DNA from: Actinomycetota bacterium
GTDB lineage: Bacteria; Actinomycetota; Acidimicrobiia; Acidimicrobiales; JAHWLA01
Direction: 5' to 3'
DNA: 32,451 nucleotides
Assembly (NCBI GenBank): GCA_019347595.1
Contig: JAHWLA010000004.1
Coordinates: 1 to 32,451 of the forward strand
Positions 1 to 7,948 of this stretch are shown piece by piece; positions within the stretch are counted from its first letter, which is position 1; every line of letters begins with the position of its first letter. The notes under the pieces are model-generated. The model was not told where the DNA came from. It made no database searches and saw only the letters and a list, made by a program, of their open reading frames with translations. The translations under genes and the position numbers were made by a program.

Positions 1-939
1 GACGACAACGGCGACGCGGTCGTCCGCCCGACATTCGCATCGGGCACCACGATGGGCAACCTGCAAGCCAAGGGCAAGATGGTCGTCGGGGTGAAGTTCG
101 ACCAGCCGGGGTTCGGCCAGAAGAACCCGACCAGCGGCAAGATCGAGGGCTTCGACATCGAGATCGCCAAGCTCATGGCCCAAGGCCTGTTCGGCGGCCG
201 CCTGGAGGACCAAGAGGCGAACATCGAATTCGTGGAGGCGGTGTCCAAGAATCGTGAGCCGTTCATCCAGGAAGGCCGCGTCGACCTCGTGATCGCCACC
301 TACACCATCAACGACACCCGCAAGGAGGTCGTCGACTTCGCCGGGCCGTACTTCGTGGCCCAGCAGGACATGATGGTGAAGGCCGACAACGACACCATCA
401 AGTCGGTGACCGACCTGGAGGGCAAGCGGGTCTGCACCGTGAAGGGCTCCACCTCGGAGAAGAACGTGCGGGCCAAGGCGCCCACCGCCGAGGTCATCCT
501 CTTCGACACCTACTCGCAATGCGCCGAAGCCCTCGGCGACGACCGAGTGGTGGCGGTGACCACGGACAACACCATCCTGGCCGGCCTGGTGGAGCAGTCC
601 AACGGCGACTACAAGCTGGTGAAGGCGCCGTTCAGCGACGAGCCCTACGGCATCGGCCTCAACAAGGGCGACGACCCGTTCCGCGACTTCCTGAACGACC
701 GGCTGGAGGTCATCTTCGCCAACGGCCAGTGGGCGGATGCCTTCGAGCGGACGCTGGGGGAGATCGGCCTGGACACGCCGGAGCCGCCGGAGATCGACCG
801 CTACATCAGCAGCGCGTCGACCAGCGGTACAGGCTCGACGTCCACGACCAGGGGCGGGGGCGGGGCGACCTCGTCGTCCACCTCGTCGTCGTCGACCTCG
901 ACGTCGACGGTGTCGTCGACCACGAGCACGACCCGGTAA
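1..939 (+). CDS. gluB: Glutamate/polar amino-acid ABC transporter substrate-binding protein (5' truncated by window)
   Basis: Frame open from base 1; GVKFDQPGFG, GFDIEIAK, ATYTINDTRKEVVDFAGPY and EPYGIG motifs of SBP family 3; followed by two permeases; Ser/Thr-rich C-terminal tail. Confidence 0.88.
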   Translation, partial: DDNGDAVVRPTFASGTTMGNLQAKGKMVVGVKFDQPGFGQKNPTSGKIEGFDIEIAKLMAQGLFGGRLEDQEANIEFVEAVSKNREPFIQEGRVDLVIATYTINDTRKEVVDFAGPYFVAQQDMMVKADNDTIKSVTDLEGKRVCTVKGSTSEKNVRAKAPTAEVILFDTYSQCAEALGDDRVVAVTTDNTILAGLVEQSNGDYKLVKAPFSDEPYGIGLNKGDDPFRDFLNDRLEVIFANGQWADAFERTLGEIGLDTPEPPEIDRYISSASTSGTGSTSTTRGGGGATSSSTSSSSTSTSTVSSTTSTTR

Positions 940-943
940 CCCA

Positions 944-1588
944 CTGAACATCGTCCTCGACAACCTCGGCACCTACGCCGAGGGGATGCGCACCACGGTG
1001 TCGCTCACCTTGCTGTCGTTCATGGCAGCACTGGTGATCGGCACCGTGGTCGCCGCGTTCCGGGTCGGGCCCATCCCGCCGCTCCGGTGGGTGGGCGCGG
1101 CCTACGTGGAGCTGGTCCGCAACACGCCGCTGGCCGTGCACTTCATCCTCTTCTACTTCGGGCTCACCAAGGTGGGCATCCGCTACGAGGCGTTCGTCAC
1201 GGCCGTGATCGTGCTCAGCATGTACACCAGCTCGTTCGTGGCCGAGACGGTCCGCTCCGGGATCAACGCCGTCTCGTCGGGGCAGGCCGAGGCGGCTCGC
1301 GCCCTCGGGCTCACGTTTCCCCAGGTGCTCGGGATCGTCGTGCTCCCCCAGGCCTTCCGCACGGTGGTATCACCGCTGGGCAGCCTTCTCAGCGCCCTCG
1401 TGCGCAACTCCGCAGTGGCGTCGGTGATCTCGGTGCTCGAGCTGACCGAGGTGGCCGACCGGCTCAACACGGCCACCGCCCGGCCCATCCCCGTCTTCCT
1501 GGGAGCGGCGGCCGCCTACATCTCGCTGACCCTGCCGCTGGGGTGGGGGATCGGCTTCGTGGAGCGACGGGTGGCGATCAAGCGATGA
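944..1588 (+). CDS. gluC: Amino-acid ABC transporter permease
   Basis: YVELVRNTPL and AETVRSGINAVSSGQAEAARALGL (EAA loop). Start uncertain: CTG at 944 or ATG at 986. Confidence 0.85.
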   Translation: MNIVLDNLGTYAEGMRTTVSLTLLSFMAALVIGTVVAAFRVGPIPPLRWVGAAYVELVRNTPLAVHFILFYFGLTKVGIRYEAFVTAVIVLSMYTSSFVAETVRSGINAVSSGQAEAARALGLTFPQVLGIVVLPQAFRTVVSPLGSLLSALVRNSAVASVISVLELTEVADRLNTATARPIPVFLGAAAAYISLTLPLGWGIGFVERRVAIKR

Positions 1589-2454
1589 CGGCCGTCATCC
1601 TCGCCGACGCCCTCGGCCCTCGCGCTCGCCGTCGCGTGTGGATCGCGTCGGTCGTGGCGGGCGTCCTGGTGGCGGCGGCAATCGGCGTGGCCGTGCAGCG
1701 CCTGGCCGCCAGAGACCAGTTCGACGCGCGCCTGTGGGAGCCGTTTACCGAACCGGCCGTCCTCCGTTTCTTCCTCACAGGGCTCGCCAACACGCTCAAG
1801 GCGGCGCTGGTCGCCATGGGCTTGGCGCTGGTCGTGGGCGCCTTCCTGGCCCTCGGGCGCCTGGCCCGCAACGCGCCGGTGCGGTGGGCGGCGGGCGCGT
1901 GGGTCGAGTTCTTCCGAGCCGTCCCCCTGCTGCTGCTGATCTACTTCTCCGGGCTGGGCCTGCCCAAGTACGGGATCGACCTGCCCGTCTTCTGGTACCT
2001 GGTGCTGGCGCTGGTCGCCTACAACAGCACGGTGCTGGCGGAGATCTTCCGGGCGGGCATCCTCTCGCTCGACCGGGGGCAGTCGGAAGCCGCCTTCGCC
2101 CTCGGGCTGTCGTACTGGCAGACGATGTTCACGGTGATCGTGCCCCAAGCCGTGCGCCGCATGGTCCCCGCCATCGTCAGCAGCCTGGTCACGCTGCTCA
2201 AGGACACGTCGCTCGGCTACGTCATCACCTACGAGGAGCTGCTGCGGCGGGGGCGGTTGGCGGGCGAGTTCTACGGCAACATGCTCCAGTCGCTGGTGTT
2301 CGTCGCCGCCTTCTACATCGTGGTGAACTTCACGCTCAGCCAGATCGCCCGCCGGCTGGAGCTGCGCCAGCGCCGCCGCTACAACGCGGGGACGATCGAC
2401 GTCGGCGGTGTGGAGGACTTGGCCACGGTGGCCGCCGAGAGCCGCCGCGCCTGA
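1585..2454 (+). CDS. gluD: Amino-acid ABC transporter permease
   Basis: ATGA overlap with previous stop; VEFFRAVPLL, AEIFRAGILSLDRGQSEAA, LLKDTSLG. Confidence 0.88.
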   Translation: MTAVILADALGPRARRRVWIASVVAGVLVAAAIGVAVQRLAARDQFDARLWEPFTEPAVLRFFLTGLANTLKAALVAMGLALVVGAFLALGRLARNAPVRWAAGAWVEFFRAVPLLLLIYFSGLGLPKYGIDLPVFWYLVLALVAYNSTVLAEIFRAGILSLDRGQSEAAFALGLSYWQTMFTVIVPQAVRRMVPAIVSSLVTLLKDTSLGYVITYEELLRRGRLAGEFYGNMLQSLVFVAAFYIVVNFTLSQIARRLELRQRRRYNAGTIDVGGVEDLATVAAESRRA

Positions 2455-2471
2455 CCCGGACGAAAAGCGCC

Positions 2472-3362
2472 TTACCGGCGCAGGGCGGCGCGGAGGGCGG
2501 CGGCGGCCTCCCGCAGCGCCGGCTCGGCTGCTTCGTACACCCCGACGACCGTGAAGAAGGCGTGCATCTGGCCCTCCCACCGCCGCACGTCCACCGGCAC
2601 ACCGGCCTTCCGGAGCAGCAACCCGTAGGCCTGGCCCTCGTCGCGCAGCGGGTCGTACTCGGCGGTCACGATGAAGGCAGGCGGCAGATCGCCATGGTCG
2701 GCGGCGTAGAGCGGCGAGAGGTAGGGATCGCGCCGGTCGTGGCCGTCGGCGTAGTGGTCCCAGAACCACTTCACGTCGGCGGCGTAGAGGAAGTACCCCT
2801 CGCCGTTCTCGCGCATGGACGGGTAGCTGAGCTCGCCGTCGACCGCTGGGTAGACCAGCAGTTGGAACGCCAGGGGCGGCCCTTCCTCGTTGCGAGCCCG
2901 CAGCGCCACGGCGGCGGCCAGGTTGCCGCCCGCGCTGTCGCCCCCCACGGCGACCGGCCCCGGCATGTGCTCGACCGCCCAACCAGTGGCGCTCCAGCCG
3001 TCGTCGAACCCGGCGGGGAAGGGGTGCTCGGGCGCCAGGCGGTACTCGATGTTGACCACGTTCACGCCGGCCTCCGCCGCCAGGTGGCGACAGAAGTCGT
3101 CGTGCTCGTCCACGCTGCCCAGGCACCACCCACCGCCGTGGAACCACACCAGCGTGCCGACCGCGCCAGGCGGCCGGTAGACACGCGCCGGCACGCCGTC
3201 GGCGTCGACGTCCTCGGTCGGCATGTCGGGCCCTGGCGTCCCCGACCGGTTCCAGTTGCCCAGCAGTGTCCGCGACAGGTCGAGGCCGAGTTGGTCGACG
3301 GTCGGGTTGCCGGCCGCCGCCAGCCGGTCGAATACCGCCTGCGCATCCGACGTCAGCCCCAT
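2472..3362 (-). CDS. Alpha/beta hydrolase, hormone-sensitive-lipase family esterase
   Basis: HGGG oxyanion motif, GDSAGG nucleophile, YDPLRD and MHAF catalytic Asp/His; ATG 7 nt after TAGGAT. Confidence 0.9.
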   Translation of the reverse strand: MGLTSDAQAVFDRLAAAGNPTVDQLGLDLSRTLLGNWNRSGTPGPDMPTEDVDADGVPARVYRPPGAVGTLVWFHGGGWCLGSVDEHDDFCRHLAAEAGVNVVNIEYRLAPEHPFPAGFDDGWSATGWAVEHMPGPVAVGGDSAGGNLAAAVALRARNEEGPPLAFQLLVYPAVDGELSYPSMRENGEGYFLYAADVKWFWDHYADGHDRRDPYLSPLYAADHGDLPPAFIVTAEYDPLRDEGQAYGLLLRKAGVPVDVRRWEGQMHAFFTVVGVYEAAEPALREAAAALRAALRR

Positions 3363-3374
3363 GCGCCGAATCCT

Positions 3375-3427
3375 ACGAAGTGTGCGGAGTTGGGGCCGCG
3401 GGAGCGGCCCAACTCCGCACACTTCGT
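3375..3427. repeat. Intergenic inverted repeat (24-bp stem, one bulge)
   Basis: acgaagtgtgcggagttggggccgc-ggga-gcggcccaactccgcacacttcgt. Confidence 0.9.
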
Positions 3428-3431
3428 CAGA

Positions 3432-3815
3432 TCAGGGGACAGTGAAGCCGGTGATGCGGATGTCGAGTGTTCCTGTGGCCGGGTCGTCGACGAAGAGGAA
3501 CGCCACCTCGGCGGTCTCGTTGCGCGCCAGGAACTCGACGCTCTGGTCGGCTACCGACACCTGGCCGCCGATGGTGAGCTCGGCCGCCACCTGCACGGAT
3601 TCCGCCGTGGCCCCGCCCTCGTTGCGGATCTTCACCGGCACCAGGAACGCGTCGCCGTGGCGCTCGACCGGGCCGGACTCGACCACGCGAGGCAGCGCGG
3701 GGCCGTCCGGTTCGCCCGCCTCGACGCCGATCAGCCCGACGAGCACGACGAGGACCACGACCGACGCCGCGAACGTCACCCACTCGGCCGGGCTGCGGGC
3801 GGGCCTGCCGCTCAT
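3432..3815 (-). CDS. TIGR02588-like small membrane-anchored protein
   Basis: AEWVTF + TM helix, then V.IRNEGG.TAESVQV and VEFLA..ETAEVAFLF; ATGA-coupled to the TIGR02587-like gene. Confidence 0.75.
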   Translation of the reverse strand: MSGRPARSPAEWVTFAASVVVLVVLVGLIGVEAGEPDGPALPRVVESGPVERHGDAFLVPVKIRNEGGATAESVQVAAELTIGGQVSVADQSVEFLARNETAEVAFLFVDDPATGTLDIRITGFTVP

Positions 3816-4690
3816 ACCGCCAGCCTTCCGGCCGCCCCGCCCACGGCAGCGGGGAGCCCGAGCACGATCACATGCGAGACCACGAGCGACATCGGGTCCT
3901 CGGGCGTCAGCCGTTGGAAGAACCACAGCATCCCGGCCGCCACCACCAACGACACCAGGTACGACGCCACCGTCTCGGTCATCGGGTGTTGGAAGATGCC
4001 CGGCTGGTTGCGGCGACGCTTCTGGTCGGAGAAGCCCGCCACGAACACGATGCAGTACGAGATCACGAGCGACGCCAGCACCATGGCAATGAGCCAGGCG
4101 GCGGGCATGGCCGCGGCCAGCATCGGGATCTCGTCGGTGGGCGCCACGTTGAAGGCGATGAACACGGCCCCGATGGTGGTGGCCCCCACGTCGACCAGGG
4201 TGGCCTGGAGCCCCTTTCCGTCGGCCGCCTCCTCGGTCGCCTCGTCCTCCGCTTCGGCCGGGGCCCGACGCAGCATGTGCTGGGCGATGGCGCTGCCGAT
4301 GGCGAACGGCGTCGCCTCGTAGACGATCTTGCCCAACGCCTCCTCCAGCGGCGTCGTCGCCGTCACTTCGCGCAACAGCACGAGCAGCAGGAAGACCGAC
4401 ACCACGGCCAGGGCGACGGTCTCCACCGAGTCCATGGCGGCGTCACGCCGCCGGATGTCCTGCGTGGTGCGGAACCCTGCCGTGCGGTTGAGCAGGAAGA
4501 CCGGCACGAACATGAAGACGAGGACGCCGAGCATGTGGACCGTCTGCGTCTGGCTGCCGATCCACCACACCTCCATGGTGTAGAGGAGCGGGATGCCGAA
4601 CAGCATCCCGCCGGAGACCGCACGTACCAGGTCGGTCGCTTCGCGTCGCCACGGCCCGCGGTCCCGTGCGTCGGCGTCGGCGGCTCCCAT
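3812..4690 (-). CDS. TIGR02587/DUF2391-like integral membrane protein
   Basis: GGMLFGIPLLYTMEVWWIG, FNVAPTDEI and LGLPAAVGGAAGRL signature segments. Confidence 0.85.
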   Translation of the reverse strand: MGAADADARDRGPWRREATDLVRAVSGGMLFGIPLLYTMEVWWIGSQTQTVHMLGVLVFMFVPVFLLNRTAGFRTTQDIRRRDAAMDSVETVALAVVSVFLLLVLLREVTATTPLEEALGKIVYEATPFAIGSAIAQHMLRRAPAEAEDEATEEAADGKGLQATLVDVGATTIGAVFIAFNVAPTDEIPMLAAAMPAAWLIAMVLASLVISYCIVFVAGFSDQKRRRNQPGIFQHPMTETVASYLVSLVVAAGMLWFFQRLTPEDPMSLVVSHVIVLGLPAAVGGAAGRLAV

Positions 4691-4698
4691 GAGGCCGC

Positions 4699-4869
4699 CT
4701 ATTCCCCGTCGGGCCGCTCGTCGTGCATCAGCACGTCCCACCGGTCCCGGCAGTCCTCGCAGCGATAGGTGGCCAAGCCGCCGTGGTAGCCGAGGAGATG
4801 GCAGCGCCCGCCGCAGTCGATGCAGTCGATGACCTCGGGGATGTCGGCCCGTTCCGGAATGTCGGTCAC
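4699..4869 (-). CDS. Small zinc-ribbon protein (56 aa)
   Basis: CIDC...CEDC pairs; GTG overlaps the upstream gene stop (GTGA); stop 8 nt before the next start. Confidence 0.7.
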   Translation of the reverse strand: MTDIPERADIPEVIDCIDCGGRCHLLGYHGGLATYRCEDCRDRWDVLMHDERPDGE

Positions 4870-5279
4870 TGCCTGACCTGGACGAACAGCCCGGTCGCTT
4901 CCACGGCGACGCGCTGGTGGGGGAGCAGGATGCGCCCCTTGACCTCCTGGGCGCGACGGGACTGCGCGCGCTCCCGCCACGCCTCGACGCGGACCGGCCC
5001 GCCGTCGAGCGGAATCCCGTTGCGGTACCGGAGCTCGAGCCGCGCCGTGACGCACCCGATGTCGTCGAGCGCCCACCCCAGTGAGGCCATGACCTCGTCG
5101 AGCACGGCCGCGGCGATGCCGCCGTGCACGTGCCCGGGCGGGCCGCGGTGATCGGGCCGCGGGTCGAAGCGGGCCACCAGTCGGGCAGGCTCCGTGGACC
5201 GGTCGAGCCAGAAGACCAGCCCGAGGCCGAGGGGGTCCTCGCCGGTGATGCCCTCGCCGGGAAGGTCGTCGAACGACAC
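4866..5279 (-). CDS. PaaI-family hotdog-fold thioesterase
   Basis: GPPGHVHGGIAAAVLDEVM, TARLELRY; GTG 8 nt after TAGCTT. Confidence 0.85.
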   Translation of the reverse strand: MSFDDLPGEGITGEDPLGLGLVFWLDRSTEPARLVARFDPRPDHRGPPGHVHGGIAAAVLDEVMASLGWALDDIGCVTARLELRYRNGIPLDGGPVRVEAWRERAQSRRAQEVKGRILLPHQRVAVEATGLFVQVRQ

Positions 5280-5299
5280 GGTCGGCGAAGCTACCCGGC

Positions 5300-5851
5300 T
5301 CAGGCGCGCACTTCGTAGAAGCAGAACAACAGGTTGCCGTAGCGGCGATGCCGGCCCGGCACCAGGTTCGTCAGGTCGAGCTCCCGGTACTCGCGGGGAT
5401 CGAGGTGGACGACGACGATGCCGTCCTCGGCGACGAGCTCGGGGTGGGCGTCGACGGCGAGCACCGCCCGCGACCACAGGTCGAGCCATTGGGGCGGCGA
5501 GGCGAAGACGACGTCGAACGGCGTCGGCTGGGAGGCGATGTAGGCGAAGGCATCGGCCCTCACGACCTCGGCGACGTGGTCGAGGCCCGTCTTGGCCAGG
5601 TTCTGGCGGAGGTCGCGCAACGGCTTGTCGTGCACCTCCACGAAGACGCACGACTGGGCGCCCCGACTGGCCGCCTCGATGCCGACGCCGCCGACGCCTG
5701 CGAACAGGTCGAGGAAACGACAGCCCGGCAGGCGGGGCTGGAGGATGTCGAAAAGCGCCTCCTTGGCCCGTCCCAGGATGGGGCGCGTGCCCTCGTAGTC
5801 CTTGGGCGACACCAGCTTGTGGCCCTTGGCACTCCCGGCGATGACTCTCAC
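5300..5851 (-). CDS. rsmD: 16S rRNA m2G966 methyltransferase RsmD family
   Basis: RVIAGSAKGHKL, TRP...KEALF, LDLFAGVGGVGIEAASRGA; usual DPPY motif reads SPPQ. Confidence 0.85.
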   Translation of the reverse strand: MRVIAGSAKGHKLVSPKDYEGTRPILGRAKEALFDILQPRLPGCRFLDLFAGVGGVGIEAASRGAQSCVFVEVHDKPLRDLRQNLAKTGLDHVAEVVRADAFAYIASQPTPFDVVFASPPQWLDLWSRAVLAVDAHPELVAEDGIVVVHLDPREYRELDLTNLVPGRHRRYGNLLFCFYEVRA

Positions 5852-6054
5852 GGGAGCCGTCCTGCGGGCTCGCCGCCGGCGCGGATTGCGTTGTGGTCGT
5901 GGCTGTTCATGCGATCGTCGTGCCGATCTCTCATGGTGATGGAGCCAGCCTCGCGCGAGCGGGATTCGCCGTTCGCAGTTCTCGGGCCCCAGGACAACGG
6001 AAGTACGGTTGTCGACGTGGCAGACATCGCACCCGACAGCACCGGCGACATCCG

Positions 6055-6540
6055 GTGAGGACCGCCCTCTTCCCGGGGTCGTTCGACCCGCTCCACAACG
6101 GTCACCTCGAGATCATCGAGACCGCCGCGCTCCACTTCGACCACGTGATCGTGGCCGCCATGCGCAATCCCCAGAAGGGCGAGCCGCTGTTCTCCTACGA
6201 GGAGCGCAAGCAGATGATCGAGGATTCGATCGCACATCTGTCGAACGTCACCGTGGAGCAGTTCGGCAGCCTGGTCGTCGACCTGGCCCGCCGGGTGGGC
6301 GCCGACGTCCTCATCAAGGGTTTGCGGGTGGCGTCCGACTTCGAGCACGAGCTTCAGCAGGCCCAGATGAACCACGCCATCTCGGGGATCGACACGCTGT
6401 TCATCCCGTGCGCTTCGTCGCACTCGTTCATCGCGTCGAACCTCGTCCGCCAGATCGCCCGCTTCGGCGGGGCCGACCGCATCGAGGGCATGGTTCCCGA
6501 GCCGGTGGCCAAACGGCTGCAGGAGAAGTTCGCCCCGTGA
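6055..6540 (+). CDS. coaD: Pantetheine-phosphate adenylyltransferase
   Basis: FPGSFDPLHNGH, KGLRVASDFEHE, ASNLVRQIA. Confidence 0.95.
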   Translation: MRTALFPGSFDPLHNGHLEIIETAALHFDHVIVAAMRNPQKGEPLFSYEERKQMIEDSIAHLSNVTVEQFGSLVVDLARRVGADVLIKGLRVASDFEHELQQAQMNHAISGIDTLFIPCASSHSFIASNLVRQIARFGGADRIEGMVPEPVAKRLQEKFAP

Positions 6541-7106
6541 GCGACTACGACCCACCCACATCGGCGGCCAACAGCGACATCGACGCCGAGACCCTGCTGC
6601 GGCGCGTCATCGAGATCGTCGACAACGCCAAGTCGATGCCGCTTTCGGCCTCCGTGCTCATCAGCAAGGAGGAGGTCCTCGAGCTGCTCCAGGACGCGCT
6701 CGGGCGGCTTCCCGACGAGTTGCGCGAGGCGCGCTGGATGCTGAAGGAGCGCCAGGAGTTCCTGGCCAAGACCCAGCGTGACGCCGACGAGATCCTGGAG
6801 GCGGCGCGGGTGCGGGCCGAGCGTATGGTGCAGCGCACGGAGATCGTCCGGTCGGCCCAGCAGACGGCCAAGCGGACGATGGAGCAAGCGGAGGACGAGG
6901 CCCGCCGGCTGAAGCACGAGGCCGAGGACTACTGCGACAAGAAGCTGGCCGCCTTCGAGATCGTGCTGGAGCGGACGATGAAGACCGTCCAGGCGGGCCG
7001 CGACAAGCTGCGGGTCACCCCGGCGCCGCTGACCGACGCCGCCCGCACGGCCTACGGCGAGGACGCCGAGGCCGTCGACGAGGCCTTCTTCGACCAGGAC
7101 TCCTGA
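6537..7106 (+). CDS. SepIVA-like (Rv2927c-type) coiled-coil protein
   Basis: AKSMPLSASV...LPDELREAR followed by a long coiled coil; conserved position between coaD and yceD; GTGA overlap. Confidence 0.75.
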   Translation: MSDYDPPTSAANSDIDAETLLRRVIEIVDNAKSMPLSASVLISKEEVLELLQDALGRLPDELREARWMLKERQEFLAKTQRDADEILEAARVRAERMVQRTEIVRSAQQTAKRTMEQAEDEARRLKHEAEDYCDKKLAAFEIVLERTMKTVQAGRDKLRVTPAPLTDAARTAYGEDAEAVDEAFFDQDS

Positions 7107-7114
7107 CCACCGCC

Positions 7115-7163
7115 CGTCCCGAGTACATAGCGTGCGGATTCCGGACGCTATGTACTCGGGACG
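7115..7163. repeat. Intergenic inverted repeat (19-bp perfect stem), possible terminator
   Basis: cgtcccgagtacatagcgt / acgctatgtactcgggacg, 8 nt after the stop; no U-tract. Confidence 0.85.
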
Positions 7164-7201
7164 TGGTGGGGTCGGGCGTGCGGCTTCGTACAATCGATGG
7201 C

Positions 7202-7714
7202 GTGCCCCCCCGCCCCTTCCTGGTGAGCGTGACCGCGCTGCGTCGATCGCCGGCCGCCACCGTGCAGCACGAGCGCCGCTGCGGTCCCCTCGACGGCCTA
7301 GCCGTCACGTCGACCCGCGTCCCCTCGGGCGCCGAGGTGTGCGTCGACGTCGACCTGGAGGCGGTCCACGGCGGGGTCATGGCGCACGGAACCGTCAGCG
7401 CCCCGTGGGAAGGCGAGTGCCGCCGGTGCCTGGGGACGGCGCTCGGGACGCTGGAGACCGAGGTCCGTGAGCTGTTCGAACCGAACAGCGCCGACGACGA
7501 CACGTACCGCCTCCGCGGCGAGCAACTCGACTTGGAGCCGCTGGCGCGCGACGCTGTCCTGCTGGAACTTCCCCAGGCGCCCCTCTGTGCGGAGGCGTGC
7601 CAGGGGCTGTGTCCCACGTGCGGCGCCAACCTCAACGAGGGTGAGTGCTCGTGCGAGGCGCAGCCAACCGACCCGCGTTGGGCAGCGCTCGACGCGCTTC
7701 GCCACGAGACATAG
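7202..7714 (+). CDS. yceD: YceD/DUF177 metal-binding protein
   Basis: ECRRCL, LDLEPLARDAVLLELP, LCAEACQGLCPTCG, DPRWAAL; upstream of rpmF; TACAAT 7 nt before GTG. Confidence 0.9.
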   Translation: MPPRPFLVSVTALRRSPAATVQHERRCGPLDGLAVTSTRVPSGAEVCVDVDLEAVHGGVMAHGTVSAPWEGECRRCLGTALGTLETEVRELFEPNSADDDTYRLRGEQLDLEPLARDAVLLELPQAPLCAEACQGLCPTCGANLNEGECSCEAQPTDPRWAALDALRHET

Positions 7715-7729
7715 AGAGAGCGACCGACG

Positions 7730-7909
7730 ATGGCCGTCCCCAAGAAGAAGACCTCGAAGGCCAAGAGCCGTAGCCGCCGGGCCAGCAACTGGACGCTCGC
7801 CGTCCCGGCGCGGAGCGTCTGCCCGCAGTGCCGCCACGCCAAGCTTCCCCACGTCGTCTGCCCCAACTGCGGGTGGTACGGCGGTCGCCAGGCCATCGAC
7901 GTCGGCTAG
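7730..7909 (+). CDS. rpmF: 50S ribosomal protein L32, Zn-ribbon type (not in ORF track)
   Basis: Manual translation: MAVPKKKTSKAKSRSRRASNWTLAVPARSVCPQCRHAKLPHVVCPNCGWYGGRQAIDVG. Confidence 0.96.
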   Translation: MAVPKKKTSKAKSRSRRASNWTLAVPARSVCPQCRHAKLPHVVCPNCGWYGGRQAIDVG

Positions 7910-7948
7910 TTGTGAACGGGTGGCTCTTCGCCTGACGGTTCAGCGCGG

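Noticed and set aside
1638-4322. 894-aa plus-strand ORF and similar long Arg/Pro/Gly-rich ORFs
   Set aside because: Off-frame or antisense to well-supported genes; stop-poor GC-rich artefacts
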